From the NCBI GenBank assembly GCA_965214605.1, contig OZ243961.1:224001-288000 (forward strand): a stretch of 64,000 bases of DNA, in the 5' to 3' direction. Positions within the stretch are counted from its first letter, which is position 1. Every line of letters begins with the position of its first letter. Under the pieces are notes generated by a model that was not told the DNA's origin, made no database searches, and saw nothing but the letters and a program-made list of their open reading frames with translations. This DNA is from an uncultured Candidatus Binatia bacterium (lineage in GTDB: Bacteria > Desulfobacterota > Binatia > Bin18). A program made the translations under genes and the position numbers. Shown piece by piece: positions 50,273 through 60,543 of the stretch.

Positions 50273-51154
50273 ATGGACGAGTTCCAGACTATCCTCAAAG
50301 CCCGCCACTTCGTCCAAAATGCTGGCGTTACGGCGGTTCCGATCGAACTTGAGTGCCTGGCTGCCGCTGCGAACGCGAAGATCAAGCTCGTGTACGATTT
50401 GAGCGATAATGAGTCCGGCCAGACGACCCACCACAAAGGCAAGCACATCATTATCGTAAATGGGAATCACCGGGAAGAGCGGCAGCGCTTTACCGTCCTC
50501 CACGAGATTGCCCATATCGTTCTCGAACTCCCCTCACAGCATCATGACCCGAAGCTGATAACGGGAGCCCTCTTGTGTTGCGGGCGCCGCCCACAGGAAG
50601 AAATACTTTGCGATGTGTTTGCGGCGGAATGCTTACTGCCCTATGAGCTATTCAGCAAGGATGTCGGCGACGTTGATATCTCATTAGAAGCGGTGAAGGC
50701 ACTGGCGGACCGATACAAGGCGTCGCTCACCGCGACAGGTTCGCGCTATGCAATTAACGCACCTGAACCCTGTGCTTTTGTTCTGAGCGAAGACGGGCAT
50801 ATTCGCTATGTCTCGCGTTCGAAATTCCTGAACGAACTCAAGGGATGGATCGACTTCAACATCCCCGTTCCCAAGGGCAGCGTGGCGCACCGGCTTATTC
50901 AGGAAACATCGAAAAGTGAGGATTATGACGAACTGCCAACGTATATATGGTTTAACGGTGGCATCAAGAATCACCCGTTGCTGGCAGAAGAGGCCATTCT
51001 CCTGCCGAAGTGGAACCAGTGTCTCTCGCTCATCTGGTTTGACGAAAGCGCGAGAGCAGCGCTTGAGCGGAGAAACGAGGACGATGAGGACGAGCCGCTT
51101 CTCAAAGAGCTTGATGGCACACTCCCGTGGCCGTCCAAGAGCCGCCGAAGATAG
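50273..51154 (+). CDS. ImmA/IrrE-family metallopeptidase (CapP-like)
   Basis: RQRFTVLHEIAH, EILCDVFAAECLLP, YKASLTA; abuts the HTH gene. Confidence 0.88.
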   Translation: MDEFQTILKARHFVQNAGVTAVPIELECLAAAANAKIKLVYDLSDNESGQTTHHKGKHIIIVNGNHREERQRFTVLHEIAHIVLELPSQHHDPKLITGALLCCGRRPQEEILCDVFAAECLLPYELFSKDVGDVDISLEAVKALADRYKASLTATGSRYAINAPEPCAFVLSEDGHIRYVSRSKFLNELKGWIDFNIPVPKGSVAHRLIQETSKSEDYDELPTYIWFNGGIKNHPLLAEEAILLPKWNQCLSLIWFDESARAALERRNEDDEDEPLLKELDGTLPWPSKSRRR

Positions 51155-51239
51155 GGGACAGATGACAGACTTTCCGGTCGTTGACACTCATCACATTCGC
51201 CACCTCTATCATTGGCAGCCTTTTGTTCCCGATCGTCTC

Positions 51240-51960
51240 GTTACACTTCTGCGCTGTTCGGCTGGACCTTCTACGGCATCCTCTGGGATGTGCTGGTTGG
51301 CACCGGTATCGTCTTCCTGCCGTTTCCCAGTATCCTGATCGACAACTGGCGGGGATCGGCTGAGGGCGGGGAGTTTGGTACCGTCACCGGGCTCTCTCTG
51401 CGGCCTATGGAGCTGGAATTCTTCATGGCACTACTGATGGTGGTACTGGCCGGACAACCAGCCGCATTAACTCCACTCAATGCCGCTTCGCTCAACTACA
51501 CGCCACCACCGACACTGATCGATCCGACGTCCGCCACGACGCCCGTGGCCGCGCCCCAGAGCACCTACGGTTCAACCGGCTTCACCGGCTCGCCGGCGAC
51601 GGTGAACATCTCGGTGTGGTGGTATGCGGCGCTTTCGATGACCTCTGGATTCAACCATGCAGTGGTCGAAGGTCTCCCAAGTGCTGCGGACATACGTACC
51701 CATGAACAACAGGTGCGGCTGGTCACCATTGCCGACCCACGCCTGCGCCAGGACAGGACCGCTCTGGCGCAGGCGCCACCAACGTGGTCGAATGACGATC
51801 TCGTGGCACACAACTCCGGCAGCACCGGGCTAATGAGCACGGTGGAGAATGTCGCCAAAGGCGGTTTGGCATCGGGCGGCGTAGTGGCTGCGTCGGCGCT
51901 GTCCTCGGTCGCCATCTCTATGATGGTGACAGGCGCCATGGCCATACTTCGGGTGCCGAC
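51240..51960 (+). pseudogene. ICE TraG N-terminal-domain mating-pair protein, internally deleted remnant
   Basis: LFGWTFYGILWDVLVGTGIVFLPF...VWWYAALSMTSGFNHAVV...IADPRLRQ; no proper start. Confidence 0.65.
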
Positions 51961-51963
51961 TTT

Positions 51964-52975
51964 TCAGAATTTCCCATCCCGGACCACATTACCTTTCCTG
52001 ATTATCTTGACAGTTTTAGGATGAACTGGTCCGTTGTCCGGCAGCAGTCCTTTGCCTTTCTCAATCTCCTTTGCTGCGGGACTGGCCAGCTTGCCTGATG
52101 CGTCAGAACCGGCAAGCGCCTTGCCGTCACTGTAGTAGTCAAACCAGGGTAGCCTGGTACTCGTGTAATCATCGGCAGTTGGCGGCTTATGTGGCGGTTA
52201 GTGCTCTGTGATTGCCATATATTGCGCGCTATTGGCCAGGTGTATGAAGCACCGGAAACCGTTGTCTGGATCCCATGCATCAATGCCGTACTCGTCCTCG
52301 TAAATCTCCTGCCGCATCAAACCATCTGGAGCAAGCCCCATATCCAGGACAGCCGATTCGCAGACCGTGCGACTGAACATCGGCATCTCAAGGTAGTCCA
52401 GATCTGCTTCCACGGCTCGCTCAAAATGTTCGACGTACACGTCATGCTTCATCGGGTAGACGATAATCTGAAGACCTTCGTGTTCTGCCTTCCTGGTGAT
52501 CTGCTCTTCGGCTGTGAAGCCTTCACCCGGCGGCATGGCGACAAATTGCCGAATAAAGTCCTCCGAGATGTTGAAACCATCCAGCCAGGGCTGTTCCGGT
52601 ATCACCGCGCAGTCCTGCGGCGGATCACCGGAAAGAACATTGCTCCAGGATTCCCAGGAAACCGCATTGATCTTGCCAGCGGTAGTCTTGACGGCGCAGG
52701 GGTAGTCGCTAGAGAAATTGATCCATAGTGCCTCTGACTGATACATGGGTATGGAGACTCCACCATGTGTCCGCTAGGTATCAGGCAACTTGTTTGCAAA
52801 GTCATCCACGTGCTCCATCGGGAACCGACCCAGGCCGGGGGGGGGGGGGGGGAAGGGGATACTCCCGGTTGTCATCCGGGATCCGCAGGGTGCGCTGGAA
52901 GTCGATGCTACACACCGCTTTTTGGTGGACCTCTGGAAACCGGAAGGTCAGTTGGTTGTTCGGTAGTTCGATCAT
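51964..52975 (-). pseudogene. Conserved hypothetical protein, disrupted by a homopolymer frameshift and two in-frame stops
   Basis: MIELPNNQLTFRFPEVH...FQRTLRIPDD...YPLPP/GLGRFP...DT*RTHGG...MYQSEALW...EQPWLDGF...RQFVAMP...MRQEIYED...EH*PPHKPP...LPWFDYY...VVRDGKF. Confidence 0.75.
52837..52852. repeat. G16 homopolymer tract
   Basis: Sixteen consecutive G inside the pseudogene above. Confidence 0.9.
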
Positions 52976-52992
52976 TGTCTTACCTTCACAGA

Positions 52993-53388
52993 TTACCAGT
53001 CGCCATCACGGGCATCCTGGGCAATACGCAAAATGGCGTGATCCGGTGCGGATTTGAGCTGACGGATCAGGTCAGCGAACAGTTGCGGCCGTTTTCGGAT
53101 GATCTCCTGCAAATCCGACGATACCTTCCCAGCCATTGCCAGCAGCACATCCGGGTCTTCGCTGAATTCATCGGCCAATGCCCGGATTTTTGCCTCGGAC
53201 GGCGGCGCCACATCCCCTCGTTCTATCTTGCTGAGGTAGGCGGGTTCCACACCAATTCGCTGAGCGACCTGCCGGACGGAAAATCGCCGATCCTGTGATT
53301 TCAGGGCCTCGCGATGTTCACGGATGTATTCTCCGAATGTAATGTGTACTACATAGTATACATTACATCTAGATTCAAGACCCGCCAT
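52993..53388 (-). CDS. XRE-family HTH regulator (start uncertain: ATG 53388 or ATT 53343)
   Basis: TFGEYIREHRE...FSVRQVAQRIGVEPAYLSKIERGDVAPPSE...LLAMAGKVSSDL. Confidence 0.8.
   Translation of the reverse strand: MAGLESRCNVYYVVHITFGEYIREHREALKSQDRRFSVRQVAQRIGVEPAYLSKIERGDVAPPSEAKIRALADEFSEDPDVLLAMAGKVSSDLQEIIRKRPQLFADLIRQLKSAPDHAILRIAQDARDGDW
53337..53368. promoter_or_regulatory. 14-bp inverted repeat (one mismatch), probable operator of the XRE regulator
   Basis: ATGTAATGTGTACT-ACAT-AGTATACATTACAT overlaps the 5' end of the HTH gene. Confidence 0.6.
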
Positions 53389-53447
53389 CTCAACGCATTT
53401 TGGTGGCTCGGGGTTCGGTAAAGCCTGGGTGACAAGTGGTTTGTTGT

Positions 53448-53519
53448 GTTGTTCCACGTTGTACCGCTTCTCTTGACAAAGGGATGATGTCCATCTAAAT
53501 TGGTATAACGTGGAACAAC
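53448..53519 (+). promoter_or_regulatory. Sigma70 promoter bracketed by an 18-bp inverted repeat
   Basis: GTTGTTCCACGTTGTACC (53448-53465) and GGTATAACGTGGAACAAC (53502-53519) enclose TTGACA-17-TAAATT (53473-53501). Confidence 0.7.
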
Positions 53520-53549
53520 GATTGGCAAGTGTATCCAAAGGAGACGGCG

Positions 53550-55850
53550 ATGGTGAAACAACGATATTCAGCTTCAAAAACACGTTCCCAGGGTAGGAAT
53601 GCTTGGGCGGTGACCTTCCGCCACCCTGTTGTAAAGAAAGACCCACGCAGCAACAGCGGGATCAAGGTGAGAAGGGGGCTTGGAACCACGGACGCAGCGG
53701 AAGCAGACAAACTCGTCGACGAAATGAATGTTCTTCTCGGAGATGAATCGTATTGGAGCCTTAACCAGAAAGGACGGGCGGAACGTCAGTTTGCCAAAGT
53801 AATCGTCAATGGGTTCTATGATCCCATGGTAGCTGATGCACACTTCGATCCATGGAAGGCCAGGGATGAAGTAATCCCGATTCCATCTGCAGAAGACGGC
53901 TTCACCAAGGTGCTGTTCCTTGGGACCACCGGAGCGGGCAAGACATCACTGCTGAGGCTCATGATCGGCTCCCACCCGGAAAAGGATCGCTTCCCTTCGA
54001 CCTCCACTGGCAAGACCACTGTTTCGGATATCGAGGTTATTATTAGGGATCGTGGGGATTTCCAGGCTGTCGTGACCTTCCTTCCTGAAGGAACAGTGCG
54101 GACTTATACCCAGGAATCAATCGACGAGGCCTGCAAGGCCGTCTGGCGGGGTGAATCAGATGAGAAGGTCGTCAAGGAGTTGCTCAACCATAGAGATCAG
54201 CGCTTTCGGTTGGGCTATATCCTGGGGTCTTGGTCCGAGCAGGAGATTCAGGGAGACGATGACGACTGGGGTTTCGATAACGTAGAGGAGCATTCCGAAC
54301 CAGCATCTGAACAGGTCTCTGAAGAGGGTGCGTACCCATCGGCTGAAGAGCGCCGAGAAATACAGGAGAAACTTTCGGAGTATGCCAAGTGTATCAGAGA
54401 GATCGCAGAAGTCGCCAGAGCCAAGGTCTCGGAGGAATGGGGTAAAGATGTATCGCGCCTCAAGGACCTCAAGGGAGAGGAGCTCGACCTGGTATTGGGT
54501 TACTTTGAGGAAATCCTCGAAAAAATGCCCGGCTACGATGCGCTCATCGAAGACATCATCAATCAGGTTTTGAAACGGCCCGACTACCTGACAGCCGGTG
54601 AACTCAAGCGAAAGGGCAAATGGCCCGAGAGATGGACGTTCGAATCTGCCGATAGGGACGAGTTTATCAATCAAGTTCGCTGGTTTTCGAGCAACTATGC
54701 TCCAGCATTCGGGCGATTACTGACACCCTTGGTGCAAGGGGTGCGGGTTCGCGGTCCGTTTTTTGCCGAGGCGCTTGGCGAGACACAGGGTCTGGTGCTC
54801 ATGGACGGAGAAGGCTTGGGACATGTGTCCGAAACGGTTGCGAATGTATCCACGCACTTCACCAGTCGATACCAGATGGCCGATGTGATTCTCCTCGTGG
54901 ATAACGCCGAGCAACCCATGCAACCTTGGTCTCTTTCTGTAGTGCGTTCAGTTGCAACCAGTGGCCACCAGGACAAATTAGCCGTAGCGTTCACCCATTT
55001 CGATCAGGTAAAAGGCGTCAATTTCTCCGGCTTCGCAGATAGACGCGATCATGTTTTAACTTCGGTGAAGAACGCGCTTAGCAACATGCGCACAACGGTG
55101 GGCGATTCCGTGATCAATAGCATGGAAGGACATCTCTACAACCGGTGCTTCATGCTCGGTGCGCTGGACAAGCCTGCTTCAAAGATCCCGAAAAGGGTAT
55201 TTGGGCAACTCAGCGAGCTGGCGGATTTTTTCCGCAGTGCTATCGAGCCCTTCGAGCCGCCAGCAGCTGCTCCGATATACGATCCCGCGAGTCTGTCGCT
55301 TGCAGTCCAAGCGGCAACGCAGGAATTTCAATCGCTATGGAACGCCCGACTTGGTTACCAGTCTCAAGAGAGCGTCTCGAAGGAACACTGGACCCGTATC
55401 AAGGCGTTGACGAGGCGGGTTGCGAGGATGGGTGGTGTGGAGTACGACTACCTGAGACCGGTTGCAGAATTGATCGCCCGCCTTAGTGAAAGGATTTCCT
55501 GCTTTCTCGATAAACCCGTGCAGGGGGATCCCCATGGGCATAATGAAGAGGAAGAGTCCAAGGCGATCGGTGTCGTTCGCCGTGAGGTGTTCCAGTCCCT
55601 CCATTCGCTGGCGATGGAGCGATTGATCCAGGAGCGCTTAAGCGATTGGTCACGTGCATTCGAGCATGCTGGCAGAGAATCTTCTTATAGTCGTGCGCGT
55701 GATGTTCGCAATATCTACCAAACCGCTGCTCCGATATCTGGTATCGAGTCGACGCCGCAGTCTTCGGAGTTCTTGAGTAATGTTCGGGACTTGGTTTTTG
55801 ACGCGATCGAAAATGCTGGTGGGAAGATTATTACGGGGCGTGGTAGTTAA
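53550..55850 (+). CDS. Dynamin-like/TRAFAC P-loop GTPase with small basic N-terminal domain
   Basis: G1 GTTGAGKT, G2 STGKTT, G3 DGEG, G4 THFD, helical C-terminal half; AAGGAG RBS. Confidence 0.75.
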   Translation: MVKQRYSASKTRSQGRNAWAVTFRHPVVKKDPRSNSGIKVRRGLGTTDAAEADKLVDEMNVLLGDESYWSLNQKGRAERQFAKVIVNGFYDPMVADAHFDPWKARDEVIPIPSAEDGFTKVLFLGTTGAGKTSLLRLMIGSHPEKDRFPSTSTGKTTVSDIEVIIRDRGDFQAVVTFLPEGTVRTYTQESIDEACKAVWRGESDEKVVKELLNHRDQRFRLGYILGSWSEQEIQGDDDDWGFDNVEEHSEPASEQVSEEGAYPSAEERREIQEKLSEYAKCIREIAEVARAKVSEEWGKDVSRLKDLKGEELDLVLGYFEEILEKMPGYDALIEDIINQVLKRPDYLTAGELKRKGKWPERWTFESADRDEFINQVRWFSSNYAPAFGRLLTPLVQGVRVRGPFFAEALGETQGLVLMDGEGLGHVSETVANVSTHFTSRYQMADVILLVDNAEQPMQPWSLSVVRSVATSGHQDKLAVAFTHFDQVKGVNFSGFADRRDHVLTSVKNALSNMRTTVGDSVINSMEGHLYNRCFMLGALDKPASKIPKRVFGQLSELADFFRSAIEPFEPPAAAPIYDPASLSLAVQAATQEFQSLWNARLGYQSQESVSKEHWTRIKALTRRVARMGGVEYDYLRPVAELIARLSERISCFLDKPVQGDPHGHNEEEESKAIGVVRREVFQSLHSLAMERLIQERLSDWSRAFEHAGRESSYSRARDVRNIYQTAAPISGIESTPQSSEFLSNVRDLVFDAIENAGGKIITGRGS

Positions 55851-56080
55851 GGAAGTGAATTGTAGAGAGTAGAGTACGGTGACGTTCCAGCCCAGCTGAT
55901 GCGCTGGGTATGGGCGGGTGGTCGGAAGCTCAAAGGATTGCAAAAAAGAAGGCACTTTTTATCAGGTTTTTCAAATATGCTTATTAGATTCATATCCATC
56001 TCCTTTGTTCATTTTAAATGAACAAAGGAGATGGACAGATTGTCAAGCCCATAATCTTATTGTTGTGAAAGGTAATATAT

Positions 56081-56443
56081 ATGCTGCTATACGGGCCAGA
56101 GGTTAGAGAATATCTCAATACTGAGGGAAACAGTCCTTATACCAAATGGTTCGATCGTCTGAATGAAGCCGCTGCGGCCAAGGTGACGACGGCAGTCCAT
56201 CGAATGGAGCAGGGCAACCTCTCCAACGTGAGAGGTGTTGGTGACGGCGTCTGTGAGTACCGAATTGATTTTGGTCCCGGCTATCGGATATACTTTGGCA
56301 AGGATGGGGATCGGTTGGTGATATTGCTCGCGGGTGGTACCAAGAAGCGCCAGGACGCAGACATTGCCGCCGCAAAAGGGCATTGGCGCGACTATAAGCG
56401 CCAGAAACCCACCTCGGCGGTGCCGTGCGCCAACGGCGGCTGA
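56081..56443 (+). CDS. RelE/ParE-family toxin (addiction module killer protein)
   Basis: SPYTKWFDRL...GNLSNVRGVGDGVCEYRIDFGPGYRIYFGKDG...LLAGGTKKRQ. Confidence 0.88.
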   Translation: MLLYGPEVREYLNTEGNSPYTKWFDRLNEAAAAKVTTAVHRMEQGNLSNVRGVGDGVCEYRIDFGPGYRIYFGKDGDRLVILLAGGTKKRQDADIAAAKGHWRDYKRQKPTSAVPCANGG

Positions 56444-56464
56444 GCGGCCATTGGCGCGACTATA
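56381..56464 (+). repeat. 16-bp direct repeat CATTGGCGCGACTATA (56381-56396, 56449-56464)
   Basis: Exact duplication at the toxin 3' end, with similarity continuing for ~12 bp. Confidence 0.8.
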
Positions 56465-56488
56465 GCGCCGGAAACGGCAAGAGGTGAC

Positions 56489-56815
56489 ATGATGGCGTTG
56501 ACGAAGGATTTTAAGGATACCATTCAGGCGCGTGCCCAACGGGATCCGGCGTTTCGCAGGGCCCTGCTGCAAGAAGGGGTCGAATGCCTGCTCGCCGATG
56601 ATATCAATACCGGCAAGGCCGTGCTGCGTGACCATATCAACGCGACGGTGGGGTTTGAGGAACTCTCCCGGGTCTTCGACAAGTCGAGCAAGAGCCTCAG
56701 GGGCATGTTCGGGCCGAAAGGGAATCCCCAGGCGGGCAGCCTGTTTGCGGTGATCCATTACCTGCAGGAGCAGGAGGGCATCCACCTGGAAGTCAAGGCC
56801 CGGGAGGTGGCCTAG
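56489..56815 (+). CDS. HTH antitoxin/transcriptional regulator
   Basis: MALTKDFKDTIQARAQRDPAFR...LRDHINATVGFEEL...KSLRGMFGPKGNP, downstream of the toxin. Confidence 0.82.
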   Translation: MMALTKDFKDTIQARAQRDPAFRRALLQEGVECLLADDINTGKAVLRDHINATVGFEELSRVFDKSSKSLRGMFGPKGNPQAGSLFAVIHYLQEQEGIHLEVKAREVA

Positions 56816-57001
56816 GGTGCTGCGTGGCGGCGTTCAATCGGCAATTTTTTCGAGTATTTGGGAAGGATTTTCTGAGCATGGTATTACCGCTCAGCTGGCA
56901 AGTAAGCCATTGATGTTCCGCTGTAAAAACGGCCCGTTTCCAATCGAGTGGGGAATGAGGGGGGACGGCGTCATACCCGGACGCTGACCGAGGGGGCTGG
57001 A

Positions 57002-60000
57002 ATGGGATTCGTGCATTTACATTTACATACTCAATACAGCCTGCTCGACGGTGCGAACAAGGTCTCCAACCTGATGCCCCAGGTGGCGGCCTACAACATG
57101 CCGGCGGTGGCCATGACCGACCACGGCAATATGTTTGGGGCGGTCGATTTTTATCGAACCGCAGAGCAGAACGGGGTCAAGCCGATTATTGGCTGTGAGG
57201 TCTATGTCGCTCCCCAGAGCCGGTTTGACAAAAACCTGTCCGGGGCCGACAACCATGAGCACGGCGGCAATTTTCACCTAGTCCTGCTGGCCATGAATCT
57301 GGAAGGCTACCGCAACCTCTGTCGCCTGGTCACGGCCGGTTATGTCGAAGGCTTCTACCGTAAGCCCCGGATCGATAAAGCGCTTCTGCGAGAACTCAAC
57401 GCCGGCCTGATCGCCCTGTCCGGGTGCTTGAGCGGTGAGCTGGCGCGGACCGTGCTGGGCAATCGAGAAAAATCGGCCCGGGAGGTGGCCGAGGAGTACG
57501 CAGCCATTTTTGACGAGCGGTTCTACCTCGAGCTGCAGGCCAACCATCTCCCCGAGCAGGAGCAGTTAAACCCGGCCTTGATTGAACTGGCTGACCAGCT
57601 GTCGCTGCCGCTGGTGGCCACCAACGATTGCCACTACCTGCATGCTGAGGACGCTGAGGCCCACGAGGTGTTGCTGTGCGTGCAGAGCGGCAAAGTCATG
57701 TCCGACGAAAAACGCTGGCGTTTGGGCACGGATCAGCTGTACGTCAAGTCGCCCGAAGTGATGCGCGCCGAGTTTGCCGACCATCCCCAGGCCATTGACA
57801 ATACGCTTGATATTGCGAACCGGTGCAATCTCAACCTGTCGTTTGGCGATTTTAAGTTCCCGGTCTTCGCCATTCCCAAGCAAGCATCTCTGGAGCAGCA
57901 CCTAGAGCGCACCGCCCAACAGGGGCTGGAGGAGCGCCTGAGCCTGATCAGAGCCGCCAATCCCGAGTTCAGTCCGGATGCCGAGCAGGAGTACCGCGAG
58001 CGGCTGGCGTTTGAACTCACAGTGATTGAGGACATGGGCTTTGCCGGATACTTCCTGATTGTGTCTGATTTCATTCTCTACGCCAAGTCTCAGAACATCC
58101 CGGTCGGTCCTGGACGGGGGTCTGCGGCCGGCAGCCTGGTTGCCTACTGTCTCCAGATCACCGACGTTGATCCGATTCGCTATCAGCTCCTGTTTGAGCG
58201 CTTTCTCAACCCCGGTCGCAAGAGTATGCCCGACATTGACGTCGATTTTTGCTTTGAACGCCGGGACGAGGTGATCCAGTACATCAAGGACAAATACGGC
58301 TCCGACAAGGTAGCCCAGATCATTACCTTTGGAACCCTCAAGGGCAAACAGGCGATTAAAGACGTGGGCCGTGCCCTGGAGTTCTCATATGGTGAAACCG
58401 ACCGCATGGCGAAACTCTATCCGGCTCCCAAACAGGGCAAAGATTTTCCGCTTGAGGCGGCGCTTGAAATGGAACCCCGGTTGCGCGAGATCCGCACCGC
58501 CAGCCAGCGTGAACAGAAGCTGTTTGCCTACTCGCTGAAGCTTGAAGGGCTCCTCCGCCACGCCTCCAAACACGCGGCCGGGATTGTCATCTCACCGACC
58601 GCCCTCGTCGATCACCTGCCCCTGTTTGTGGACAAAGAGGGCAGCGTGCTGACCCAGTTTGCTGGGCCCGATGTTGACGCCATTGGACTGATTAAGTTTG
58701 ATTTTTTGGGTTTAAAAACCCTCACCCTGCTGGCCAACACCGTCTACCGGATTAAAAAGACTCGTGGTCTAGACGTGAATCTGAGTACCTTGCCGCTGGA
58801 TGATACCGCTACCTATCATAATCTGACGCGTGGGGACACGGTCGGAGTCTTCCAGATGGAAGGCAGTGGCATCCGCAAATTGATTACTCAGTTAAAACCC
58901 AGCTGTTTTGAAGACATTATTGCTGTCATCGCCCTGTTCCGCCCCGGGCCCTTGGACAGCGGAGCGGCCGAACAGTTTATCCGTCGCAAACACGGCAAAG
59001 AGGCGATTGTCTACCCTCACAAGCTGCTCGCACCGGTGCTGAAAGAAACCTACGGTGTGACCATCTACCAAGAACAGGTGATGCAGATCGCTCAGATTTT
59101 GGCCGGCTACTCCCTGGCCGACGCCGACTCTCTACGCCGGGCAATGGGCAAGAAGAAAAAAGAGGTCATGCAGGAGGAGCGCAGCAAGTTTCTCAGTGGG
59201 GCCAGACAACACCGCATCCCGGAAAAAACGGCCAGCGAAATTTTTGACGCCATGGAGACCTTTGCCGCCTACGGCTTCAACAAGTCCCACGCCGCCGCCT
59301 ATGCCTTTCTCTCGTATCAAACCGCCTATCTAAAAACACATTTTCCTCACGAGTTTATGGCCGCGCTGATGAGTATCGAGATGGGCGATACCAGCAAGAC
59401 GTATAAAAATATCGCCGACTGTCGGCTCCAGAACATTCCGGTCTTACCGCCCGACGTCAATGTCAGCGATGAGGGCTTTACAGTGGGGGGGGACAGTATT
59501 CGTTTTGGGCTGGGGGCGGTCAAAGGTGTGGGCTCAAAAGCGATTGAGGCCATCTGCGAAGCCCGCCAAAACGGACGATTTGAGGACTGGTACGACTTCA
59601 GCCTGCGCGTGCAGGGCCAGCAGGTCAATAAACGGGTGATGGAAAGCCTGATTAAATGCGGTGCGCTCGACTCTTTTGGGCTTCCGCGGTCCCGGCTGCT
59701 GGCGGGCTGTGAGATGACTATGAAGTGGGCCGAGTACGAAGCGCGAGGGGCGAATAGTTCCCAGATGGGGTTATTTGCGGCCGGTGGCAGTAAAGATCCA
59801 ACCCGACCCGAGTTGCCACAGGTGGCCGAGTGGTCGGAACGGGAAAAGCTGAACAATGAGCGCGAAATCCTGGGCTTTTTTATTACCGGCCATCCCCTCG
59901 ATCGCTACGAGAGCCGCCTGCACGGGGTGGTGTCGCTGACCACCGAGATGATAAAAGGCCGGACTCACCACGAGAAAGTGCGCTTAGCCGGCGTGGTCCA

Positions 60001-60469
60001 TGCACTCAAACTCAAGAACAACAAAAAGGGCGATCGCTACGCGACCTTCACGCTCGAAGACAAAGACGGAGTGACAGAGGTGATCGTGTGGCCCGAAGCA
60101 TATCGCCGCTCCGAGCAAAGCCTACACGCCGCTGAGCCGATCTGTCTCAGCGGCGCACTCGATGTGGACGAAGATCGCTGTCAGATTATTGCCGATGAGA
60201 TCGTCCCGCTGGAATCGATCGCCAAGGACGAGGTCAGCCAAGTCCATATTCAGGTGCCGTCGGAGGCCACGACCAAAGAAGATCTGCTGGCCCTGCGGTC
60301 GGTGTTGACCCAACACCAAGGAGAGTGTCGGACCTTTCTCCATCTCCTGCACCCCGATCACCGCGAGACGGTCATCGCTCTGCCCCGGGACCTCGGCGTT
60401 GTCCCGACCCGGGCTATGCTGTCGGCGGTGGAGGATGTCTTTGGCAGTGGGGTGGCGTCTTTTCGCTAA
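57002..60469 (+). CDS. dnaE: DNA polymerase III subunit alpha
   Basis: [48 protein letters not shown]. Confidence 0.98.
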   Translation: MGFVHLHLHTQYSLLDGANKVSNLMPQVAAYNMPAVAMTDHGNMFGAVDFYRTAEQNGVKPIIGCEVYVAPQSRFDKNLSGADNHEHGGNFHLVLLAMNLEGYRNLCRLVTAGYVEGFYRKPRIDKALLRELNAGLIALSGCLSGELARTVLGNREKSAREVAEEYAAIFDERFYLELQANHLPEQEQLNPALIELADQLSLPLVATNDCHYLHAEDAEAHEVLLCVQSGKVMSDEKRWRLGTDQLYVKSPEVMRAEFADHPQAIDNTLDIANRCNLNLSFGDFKFPVFAIPKQASLEQHLERTAQQGLEERLSLIRAANPEFSPDAEQEYRERLAFELTVIEDMGFAGYFLIVSDFILYAKSQNIPVGPGRGSAAGSLVAYCLQITDVDPIRYQLLFERFLNPGRKSMPDIDVDFCFERRDEVIQYIKDKYGSDKVAQIITFGTLKGKQAIKDVGRALEFSYGETDRMAKLYPAPKQGKDFPLEAALEMEPRLREIRTASQREQKLFAYSLKLEGLLRHASKHAAGIVISPTALVDHLPLFVDKEGSVLTQFAGPDVDAIGLIKFDFLGLKTLTLLANTVYRIKKTRGLDVNLSTLPLDDTATYHNLTRGDTVGVFQMEGSGIRKLITQLKPSCFEDIIAVIALFRPGPLDSGAAEQFIRRKHGKEAIVYPHKLLAPVLKETYGVTIYQEQVMQIAQILAGYSLADADSLRRAMGKKKKEVMQEERSKFLSGARQHRIPEKTASEIFDAMETFAAYGFNKSHAAAYAFLSYQTAYLKTHFPHEFMAALMSIEMGDTSKTYKNIADCRLQNIPVLPPDVNVSDEGFTVGGDSIRFGLGAVKGVGSKAIEAICEARQNGRFEDWYDFSLRVQGQQVNKRVMESLIKCGALDSFGLPRSRLLAGCEMTMKWAEYEARGANSSQMGLFAAGGSKDPTRPELPQVAEWSEREKLNNEREILGFFITGHPLDRYESRLHGVVSLTTEMIKGRTHHEKVRLAGVVHALKLKNNKKGDRYATFTLEDKDGVTEVIVWPEAYRRSEQSLHAAEPICLSGALDVDEDRCQIIADEIVPLESIAKDEVSQVHIQVPSEATTKEDLLALRSVLTQHQGECRTFLHLLHPDHRETVIALPRDLGVVPTRAMLSAVEDVFGSGVASFR

Positions 60470-60543
60470 GCCGGTGCTACAATCCGAGGTATGCCGAGTA
60501 TACGCAAGGTTGGCCGTCGGCAACGGGCCGGGGCGCTGTGGCC

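Larger units (their letters stand above)
27957..56958. mobile_element. guaA-integrated genomic island (decayed ICE, defence island)
   Basis: ATTGAGTGGGAATGA (27957-27971, guaA end) recurs as ATCGAGTGGGGAATGA (56943-56958); visibly more AT-rich interior; ICE conjugation pseudogenes; housekeeping guaA and dnaE flank it. Confidence 0.85.

Noticed and set aside
52837-52852. Functional phase-variation switch
   Set aside because: The gene has two further in-frame stops, so tract slippage alone cannot restore it.
56948-57001. N-terminal extension of DnaE
   Set aside because: The upstream GTG lies in the att repeat; the family consensus begins at MGFVHLH (57002).
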